The notes beneath the pieces were generated by a model, which was not told the origin of the DNA, did no database searches, and was given only the letters and a program-made list of their open reading frames with translations. DNA of 32,621 nucleotides from Conidiobolus incongruus B7586. Taxonomy: Eukaryota. Numbering within the stretch: the first letter of the stretch is position 1; each line of letters opens with the position of its first letter. Positions 22,659 to 32,621 of the stretch are shown here, one piece after another. The stretch covers positions 1 through 32,621 of the forward strand of contig JNEM01010366.1 in the NCBI GenBank assembly GCA_000697335.1, in the 5' to 3' direction. Both the position numbers and the translations under genes were made by a program.

Positions 22659-23833
22659 AATATATATTTACCATAAGATTGTAAACTAACATATAAATTA
22701 AAATTTTTAATAAAATAAAAATCAAGCTATTTAAATTATAAATTGAATTGAATAATTTTATCATTAATATATCTTTTGGAGCTTGTACTATAAAAAATTT
22801 TATTGGAAAATCACTTGAATTTGAATTAATAGTTATTCATGTGTAGTAAATATATAAAGTGGTTTAATTTGAATAGAATATTAAAACAATTTTATTTTAC
22901 TTAAAATTTTGATAAATTAATTTTTTCAAACTATGATTCGATTATTCAGATTTTACAAATTGGAAATACAACATAAATGATATTAGATAAAAGAATAATA
23001 GATAAACATAATGACTGTAACTAAGTTCAAATAAATTGAATATTAATATTGTGGTGAATTTATTTGAAATTTGATTTATCAAGCTGTTGGCTTATTAATA
23101 TCTCAAAAATTAAGCTAGAATATTAGTTTTAAATATAAGTTAGTTTATTGAAAATGATACATTTTATTAAATAAAACTTAAATTGAGAATAAATATCTAG
23201 TCAATATTTTGGACTATAATGTACCATATAATGGAGTGTTGTTTCTAGCACCAGTCTCTGCTCGTACTTCTAAGCAGTTAATAATTCTATGCAACAATTT
23301 AATAATTACACCCAGTTGTATAGAAACCATCATAATCCATACCCAAATGAAAAAAAATCTAAGTCTTCATTTGATGCTACCATAGAGTTGTTTCGTTGCT
23401 GTATTGTATGTGAAAGTAAGATACACAATGACTAAAATCAAACAAACACCTTCTATAGTTAATATTTTCTAAATTGGACTGTGATGTAAGTAATGAATTT
23501 AGTCTAAATGATTCAACGAAAAATGATTAAATTATGGGATTGATTAAGATTAAGAGAAAGATAAGATTTGATTTTAATCATCAAACTGATTGAAAAAAAA
23601 ATTGTATCATTGATCATTTACTTACAATAATCAAAGTCCATCACCATCATCTATCAATACTAAAAACTTCAATCAACAATAATAAGTTGAAATTATATTA
23701 TTCGTCGTTTTAGTATATACTCTTCACTTTGTTTATTGATATTTGATACTTGTATTGACCTGTAGGTATACTTTTTATTTTGATGTAATTTCGAGTTAAT
23801 AATGAGATTTTGGTTTTAGTTATAATTTTCAAA

Positions 23834-24633
<800 letters not shown>

Positions 24634-26524
24634 TATTTTAAAATTAATTCGCCTTTAGTAACCACTCCAATCCAATTCTATAAAAAATTTTAACTTAAAC
24701 TATAACTCAGTTTTACATTGCCTTTAATGGGTTGATTTATTATTATCATATATATACTGTTATATCATATTATTATAAGATATTTATCGTTTGTTGATAG
24801 GATTCAATCATATTTATCCTTAATTCTAATCACGAATGTATATACTTTTCAACTAATATTTGCATTTAGTTCAGCTTCTTTGTAAAAATAGCATTTTTAC
24901 CAGCATAATTGGTTCAATTGATAGATTGTTAATGTATTTTAATATCGAATAAAACAAGTTATTTTATATATTGTAACTACACAGTTTGATTCTAAAGTGA
25001 TCAATCAAAAGATCTCATAATTATTGGACTTAATTGAATACATTGATATTGATGACTAAATTATCTAAAATCAAATTTAATAGAAATGATATTCATAAAA
25101 TATAATATTTAATAATATAATTAATTCAATAAACTCAACTATTCTTAATTGATGAAATCAAATTTTTTAAAGTTTTCTTAGATGTCAAAAATAGACACAT
25201 ATCATATATTTAATGAATATCTTGAATAATGCAATTCTAATGAAATTTGTTAAATATTAAATACTTGAAAAAAACAATATATTTTCATTGTGAATTTTTT
25301 TTGAATAACTATAATAATCATAAACTTCCATAAAATCAATTATCAACTTCTATAGTTGATTTTATATAAATAAAAAATAATATTCACTTCAATTGGCTCA
25401 AGTATATTAACTTTTTCTTTAAATAATAATTCATCTATCATTTATAGAGAAATATAGGATATAATATGTAAATTTTTAATACACCAGTTTTGTAAACGAT
25501 GAATTTTTTTATTCAACCAATTACTATTAATAAAAAATCAATGCAAATTAAATTTATGATGTAACATCAATATTACATAGAGACATTTTGTTTTGTTAAA
25601 TTTGGCTTAGTCATAGCAACAATATGAATTAATAGATATTCATTTTAAAAATTAATTTTTATTTTACTTACTACTCTTAATATATTATATATCAAATTTT
25701 AATAGAATGAATTTTAATATTTTAATAATGATTATGTTTCTATTAAATCCCATAAATTAAGATTTTGATTTTCAATTTCGTTTTTTTCTGAATTAATTAA
25801 CAATTAGGATAAACCACGAACAAATAATTTACTAGATTTAGATGTATTTTATATTAAGATTAATTGCAAGAAATGTCCGTTAAAAATAATTATAATAAAT
25901 ATTGTTATTTCATTATGACTATTTTCATTAAAATATTAAATGATTCCAGCATCAATCAAAATTTCAAAACATTTGGTAGAGTTCCTCTACCTAGATAGAT
26001 ATTTGGAAATGTATTATCTTATCAAAAAATTTGGTAGTAATAATTTTTTTGCATCAAATGAACTTGAATATTAATGAATTTTAATATATATTCAGAAATA
26101 TTTAAACAATAATCTAGTTTTATGAAGGTTTAATAATATCCATAGCATTATATCGCCCTTTCTAATTGAAAAAAAATAAAAAGTTTAAATAATGGTGAAG
26201 AGAATACACCTCGATACATGTTTCAAGAGCTCACCAAATACCTGAATCATTGACGAATTATGAATGATGTCATACATGAGTTTGTAAAGAAAATTAAGAC
26301 AGTTGGTGAAGCATAGTTTCAAATCATTTCAGTTTAATCATTTCACCAACCAATTTCAATTGATTATTCTCATGAATCTATATAAATATCAACCATTAGC
26401 CACTTATCATCCTTGATTATGAATAATACAAATTAAAAAATAGCTTTGAATCAGTATTTCATTACTCATATTATACAATACATTTAATTTAAAAGAGTAT
26501 TTGATATACTAACATCACATAAAC

Positions 26525-27394
26525 ATGACTGCTGAAATGACACCTGAAACTACTCCTTACCTCATCTCTGATCAGCCTACTCCTACAACTGTTTTGGCAA
26601 CTCCTTTGACCGACGCTCAACAAGAACTACTCCAGAAATTCAAAGAACGTCTACCACAGTTGATTAATCCAGATACCAGTGTACACGATGACGCTGCATT
26701 TTGTGATGACGCTTGCTTGAAGCGATACTTGAGAGCTACACAGTGGAACCTTGAGCATTCCGTCAAAAGACTGGAATCAACACTCAAATGGCGCCGCAGT
26801 TTCCAGCCCCACAAGATCACCCTCGAAAGCATGAAGGAGGAGGGTGCAACCGGTAAGTTACACATCAATGGCTTTGATCTTGAAAACCACCCAATCCTCC
26901 ACCTTGTCCCCTGCAAGGAAAATACCAATGACTCTGAGGGCCACATCAGGCACGTCGTTTTCAATTTAGAATCAGCTATCAAACTGTTGCCAGTAGGTGT
27001 TGAAAAGTTCCTCATTTTAGTTGATTTACGAAATCTATCCACACGCAACCTCGTAAGCATAACCGACGCGAAAGCCGTAAACACGGTCCTATCCGAACAC
27101 TACCCCGAGCGCGTTTCTAAAATCTTTTTAGTAGAAGCTCCATGGATTTTTTCGGGTTTCTTCCGAGTGATTTCACCCCTCCTCGATCCTGTCACCAAAG
27201 AAAAGATCAATTTCGTGAATTTGAAGTACATCAAACAAGATACGGTACCCAATGGTTATGCCAAATTATCCAACTACATCTCTGCCAAGTACCTCTACAA
27301 AGATTTCGGAGGAGACAATCCCTTCGTATTTGTCAAAGATTCTTACTTTGGGCAGTTGGACAGTGTGTTGAGGAATATTAACCAAAATCAATAA
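26525..27394 (+). CDS. CRAL-TRIO/Sec14 family lipid-transfer protein (PDR16/PDR17-like), intronless, 289 aa
   Basis: DDACLKRYLRATQWNLEHS..RLESTLKWRR, EGATGKLHINGFDLENHPI, HYPERVSKIFLVEAPWIFSGFFRVISPLLDPVTKEKINF, FGGD. Collinear with the 17873-18748 protein. Confidence 0.92.
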   Translation: MTAEMTPETTPYLISDQPTPTTVLATPLTDAQQELLQKFKERLPQLINPDTSVHDDAAFCDDACLKRYLRATQWNLEHSVKRLESTLKWRRSFQPHKITLESMKEEGATGKLHINGFDLENHPILHLVPCKENTNDSEGHIRHVVFNLESAIKLLPVGVEKFLILVDLRNLSTRNLVSITDAKAVNTVLSEHYPERVSKIFLVEAPWIFSGFFRVISPLLDPVTKEKINFVNLKYIKQDTVPNGYAKLSNYISAKYLYKDFGGDNPFVFVKDSYFGQLDSVLRNINQNQ

Positions 27395-27754
27395 TCAGCA
27401 TTTATTTATACAAATATTATCATAATTTTCTAGTTTCGTTTAGAATATTATTATTTAAAAACATTTAATTTTCATCATAAGATACAAATAATTTGATTTA
27501 ACAATTACTGACAAATTAAATCAAAAGGATTTTGGAAATAAATCATGATTATTTAGAATTCGTGTTTTTTAAACAAATTTGAGTATATGAAAGCAAGATT
27601 ATTATCACTGAAATAATGATATAATTCCAAAGGAAAAATTGTCAAAAATCAATATATGATAAATAATTATTTTTTTGATATCATAGAGTAATTAAAATTA
27701 TTCACAGAGTTCAATTTAATTACTCATTAATTTTTATATTTATTCTATTGGTAA

Positions 27755-27778
27755 GAACCCTGTATTTCAGCAGGGTTC
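27755..27778. other. Perfect 8-bp GC-rich inverted repeat (hairpin)
   Basis: GAACCCTG-TATTTCAG-CAGGGTTC in AT-rich DNA between two convergent 3' ends. Confidence 0.6.
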
Positions 27779-28042
27779 ATCTGTAATAAATTTGCTTGAT
27801 ATATACAAAACAGAATTCCCATAAAAACATTAATTAAATAATATTTTAATATTATATCAATTTAGTGTATTTTCCAAATTTAAATAATGTTCAATAATAT
27901 TCGATAAAAAATTTATTACTCAAATTAATATAATAATTATTAAGAATATATATTTATTTTTATAAGACTAAATGATTCAGATTACTAATACACAGAATAA
28001 TTAGACTATTGAATCAACTAGAATTGAGTTACCAATTATTTA

Positions 28043-29065
28043 TTATAATTCGTCCCTTTCATGAGACTGACTAAATGTTGGCTTCACCTTCAATGGTATA
28101 TGGTCGCTAGCTAAAAGGTTTGAGTCATCAACACCAATGGTAGCTTTAAAATCCACAGCAGTAAGAATAGGCGTACTGACAACAAATTCACGAGTAATGA
28201 TAGGCGTATGCGATGGTTTAGTGGGGGATCGATTCCAAATCGCTGGAAATAGTGTAGGAATATATACCCTCTTAGAGATTACCCAATAGACTGTAAATAA
28301 AAATATAGAAAATCCTAACATTAAACTAACTCGATCTATTATTGCTTGAATTTCTAGTCCTGATAGTAGTCCCCTTGAAGTCTTGGATAGGCCTTGATAG
28401 TGTTGGTATTCTTTGTTTGTAGTGTCCATCAGTTTGCTACTCTCAGACAGTGCTTGTTCAGAGTTAGAAGATCTTTCTAGTTCGTTGATTAATAACTCAG
28501 AAGTTCTCTGCAATGATCGTGTGAATTCATTAGCTTGTTTCAAGGTTTTTTTGTGAGATAAACTTGGTATCAATTAATAAAAATATTCAGTAATCATGCA
28601 TATGTTATAATACCTATCCTTCTTAATTTTGGATCTACCCTCCAACAACTCTTTATGTTCCAAATGTTCCAATTTGTTTTTGTATTCCATAATTAATTGT
28701 CTGAAAGTACTCTTAAATCTATATATATTCAATATAAATTAAAATATTTATATTGATATTATAGTTATTTAGTACCTTAATTGAAATTCGTTATGCTCTT
28801 TTATCAATTCTTCATCTAAGTTATTATAGTTGGATAGTTTAATACCCTATGAAACAAATAATAAATAAAATTAAAAATGTAAATCTAACAAAGTAAAAAC
28901 AAGTACCTTAATACATTTTTCATACTTCCACAAACCATCCTTAACCCTCTCTAACTCTAACTCTATTTCATTTTTATTTTGAATTAAATTGTTTGTATTT
29001 AAGAAATTTTTAAATTGAATTAGATTTTTTTGTACTTGTTGCTTGTTAGTTTCTAATTCGTTCAT
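28043..29065 (-). CDS. SEC20: Sec20-like ER SNARE (Golgi-to-ER retrograde transport), 4 exons, 284 aa, C-terminal RDEL
   Basis: Exons 29065-28907, 28846-28776, 28718-28614, 28562-28043 splice in frame (last acceptor is AAG). SNARE-like heptads FTRSLQRTSELLINELERS...LSESSKLMDTTNKEY...SRGLLSGL...DR, then a TM segment (VSLMLGFSIFLFTVYWVI), KR, a Pro/Thr/Ser-rich luminal tail and ...HERDEL. Confidence 0.85.
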
Positions 29066-29826
29066 TTTGTCGCTTATTGAATAATTGGACTGATTTTTTA
29101 TGAATATTTATATATCATTTGGTTGAGGAAATTTTATGGGAATGAAAATAACTTTGAATAATTGGAGACTAAAGTCTATCTTTTAAAAATATTTTTGAAG
29201 CATTCTTGGTCAACAAAAATAAAATATAAACAACAATCATTCAATTTTCTTTGCATATTTCAAAATTACTCAACTGGGTGTAATCTATTACAATATTTAA
29301 ACTTTAATATCAAAGTCATAACAAAATTCGATAAATAATCATAATTGTATTCGAGATTATTTGATATTTTGGCTCTGTTTTTTTCACTTGATCAAACATT
29401 ATACAGTATTATATATATATTTAAAATTTTGCATTTTTCCATTTGTTGAAATCATTCAATATCCTTATTATAAATGTTAAAACATTACACGCAAATTTCG
29501 TAATAACTAGATACTCATAAGATATAATCATATAGTGTCGATGATAGCTAATAAAATAAGTAATATATAACTCTTTTGATTATTATCATATCTATTAAAA
29601 ATATTAATATTTTTGGGTATATACTTCAGAATCAGATATATTGAAAAAAATAACCTAATGATCAAGTGACTGGTTTAAGCAATTCAAAATGAAAAATAAC
29701 AAATCCACATTTAAACCCATAATTGTAATTAGAATAATGACACCATGATTAAAATTATTTAATCACTCCAATTCCCAAAATAATCCAATTATTAATCAAT
29801 TTGAATATAAAATAAATATTTAAAAA
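29066..29826. promoter_or_regulatory. Shared divergent intergenic region (probable bidirectional promoter) between SEC20-like and UNG genes
   Basis: Head-to-head start codons 761 nt apart. No specific element identified. Confidence 0.35.
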
Positions 29827-31097
29827 ATGGTTCAACAGACTTCAATCACCAGTTTTTTTACAAAAACTTCTAAAGATAAAGACACTAATAAAGATGTGAC
29901 AACTAACACTGAGGCCAAGACTTCCAAGTCAGACACACCTTACAACAAACCCCAGGTGAAAGAAACTCCAATGGGTGGCAAAGTAAAGACTTTTTCGAGA
30001 GCTGACTTGACCCCAGCTGAGAAAGAATTACTCAAGTTGGAGTTGGAATATATGGGCTCCGACTGGTTCGATATTCTATTGCCTGAGTTTAAAAAGCCTT
30101 ATTTCCAAAAGGTAACTTATACATTGTATTATATATTATGTTACTAAATATATTTTTAGTTGAAAAAATCATTAAATGCTAAATTTGCAACTGAGAAGAT
30201 TTATCCTCCCAGTAGGTTTAATAATATTTGAGTTGATATTGTTTTAATCATTGGATGTAGAGGAACAGGTATACAGTTGGTCCAAATTTACTCCATTTGA
30301 CAAGGTTAAGGTAGTGATTTTGGGACAAGGTAAATAGTCATCATTAATTATACTAAAATAGATTGATAGATATTGATCAATTATTGTGTTTTAGATCCTT
30401 ACCATCAACCTGGACAAGCTCATGGTAAATATAACGTAATTCGTAGCTTTAAATAATGTATATTTAATTGAAAAATTATAGGTTTAGCTTTCAGTGTCAA
30501 CAAAGGTGTTTACATTCCGCCATCATTGCAAAATATTTATAAAGGAATTAAAATGGATTATCCTGAATTTACCATCCCTAAACATGGGTAATTCTTATAG
30601 CCAATTGATGATATTTTCATTCTAAATTTTAAAATAGATTTTTAAAGAAGTGGGCAGATCAAGGTGTACTCATGTTGAATACAGTATTAACAGTCAAAGA
30701 TAGTAGCCCCAACTCTCATAAAACTTTGGGTTGGGAAACTTTTACAGGTAATTTATTATATAATTATAAATTGTCATAATTAATTTCTTTCAATTCAGAT
30801 GAGATCATTCGCCAAATCGGTCAAAACGGCAACAACGTGGTATTCTTACTATGGGGTAACAATGCCAAATCCAAGAAGCCTTTAATCGATCGTGTAAGTG
30901 TCAATAAGTCAACATTGGTTCAATAGATTCTAACATAGTTTTAGCAAAAGCATCTCATCCTAGAAACTGTACACCCTTCACCTCTCTCTGTACGACATGG
31001 ATTTTTCTCTGCTAAGCATTTCCTCAAAGCTAACGAGTATTTGATCTCCAAGGGCCTAGAACCAATTGATTGGAATCGTGTCAATGAAGAAGATTAG
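29827..31097 (+). CDS. UNG1: Family 1 uracil-DNA glycosylase, 8 exons, 299 aa
   Basis: Exons 29827-30111, 30160-30211, 30261-30329, 30395-30424, 30482-30587, 30638-30747, 30799-30893, 30945-31097 (900 nt, all GT-AG). Motifs [55 protein letters not shown]-terminal PCNA PIP box QTSITSFF. Confidence 0.97.
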
Positions 31098-32621
31098 CTT
31101 TTGTGAATTTTATTAAAATAGGTATATTTTGTTATTTTGATACAACATCAATAAATCCATTACATCATTATTAAAAGCAATAACATCATAATTTTAATGT
31201 TCAAACTCAAATATTTGAAATTATGGCTAATATAGTCAAATAATATTAATATTAGTTATTAATTGTTTATATAATTTACTTATAAGTAATATTAACATTA
31301 ACTTTTCCCTAAAAATAAATAAATAATAGATAATTTATCACATTAATGAATAGATATATACATTATAATATTAATGAAATCTTTATAATTACAAAAACAA
31401 GAAATTAATCCTTAAAGACAGATAATTTTATAATTTGACTATTTAAAATTAACTAACTAGATCCTTCAAATTCAAAATAATGAAACAATTGTATAATTAA
31501 TGACATATTTAAAACAGGTCCGTAAAATATTGATAACAAAAATATCATATGATCTGGTGGTTAATATAGGCTTAATAATTAATTATATCAATTATTACTC
31601 TGCAAATTAACCTATGATATTTTTCAATTACCGATTTTTCGAACATATGAATAGTTCCTCAAATTAGGTAATATAAAAAGTTAACAGTATTTAAAATTTT
31701 AAAAAAAAATTATGTATATTTAAAATAAGTTTTTATCCAAATATTTTATTTTAAATTCAATATTTAATTTAATTATACTTAAATAATGATTATTTTATTT
31801 TGATAATATAATTTAAACTAGATCATAAGCCATCTAAAATTCTTCAAGATTTAAAAACAGTTTATGTAGTTATTGTCCAATTTTAAATTATCATTTATTA
31901 CTTGGTTTGTGATTTTAAAAGATAGGTAATGATTTGTTTAAAATTTTCAAAAATATAAAAATATAATTTTTACTATCACTTTTTTAATTATTGACAAAGT
32001 AAAAAAATATATATTGTAAAGAATTTGTCTAATAAAAATAATCTAATTTATTTATGACCAAATTTATTATTGAATCATAAAACTACAAAATAAACGTTAT
32101 ATTATTTACCTTGTATTTAAAATATAAGAAAGTTATAGTTAAATAAAATTTTATAGAATATTATTAAAATATAAAGTTTTTATATTAAATTTTAATAATT
32201 AATAAAATATAGTTACTTATTATTTTTTATATACCAAAAAAATATAAGGTAGTATTAAATTAATCCTATATATATTATAGTAATTATTTTGTTATAATAA
32301 TTATTAGTTTAAAAATGATGAACTTTTATCTTCTGATTTTTCAAATATTATAATTTTGAGTAATTAAATATATATAAATTATATAAAAAGATTAATAATT
32401 TTCATTATATATAAAAAATAATTTGCAATAATAAATTATAAATTAATATTATTTAAATATCTACTTATAACTTAACCAACTTTGAATCAAATAAATTTAA
32501 ATTAAATTATATATTCTAAGTCTTTTATTTGTTATATTTAGATAATAAATATTTAATATATTAAAACTTCAAATCTAATTAATATAAATAAAAATTTATT
32601 AATTTATAAATTATATGGTAA

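Noticed and set aside
26617..27381. 155-aa antisense and 79-aa alternative-frame ORFs within the Sec14-like gene (likewise 2207-2392, 12323-12610, 12348-12530, 17782-17964, 18576-18776, 21232-21429, 22085-22309, 23976-24191, 24346-24534, 24458-24658)
   Set aside because: They overlap well-supported genes, carry no recognisable motifs and are expected from codon bias.
31098..32621. Terminal AT-rich tract (and 1-2100) checked for CRISPR-like or tandem arrays, tRNA and rRNA
   Set aside because: Only low-complexity A/T sequence; no regularly spaced repeats or RNA-gene signatures seen.

Overview
Very AT-rich eukaryotic (fungal) nuclear DNA. It has long, nearly featureless intergenic tracts and short (mostly ~49-68 nt) GT-AG spliceosomal introns. 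Gene content and style suggest an early-diverging fungus such as Conidiobolus/Entomophthorales (inference only). Ten protein-coding genes could be assembled by hand: two convergent fatty-acid elongases (one with a QxxHH instead of HxxHH box), a secreted trypsin with a ~370-aa low-complexity tail, a motif-divergent N-myristoyltransferase, two intronless CRAL-TRIO/Sec14 (PDR16-like) paralogues, a probable mitochondrial PPR-like protein whose start lies in a 5-nt first exon, complex I subunit NDUFS8/TYKY, a Sec20-like SNARE ending in RDEL, and an 8-exon uracil-DNA glycosylase. The most notable unexplained feature is an isolated ~350-nt GC-enriched non-coding island (~8004-8360). Its ends fold into a long nested rod rich in G-U pairs on the + strand, so it is a candidate structured ncRNA that I cannot assign to a known family. 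No tRNA, rRNA, CRISPR array or intact mobile element was recognised.
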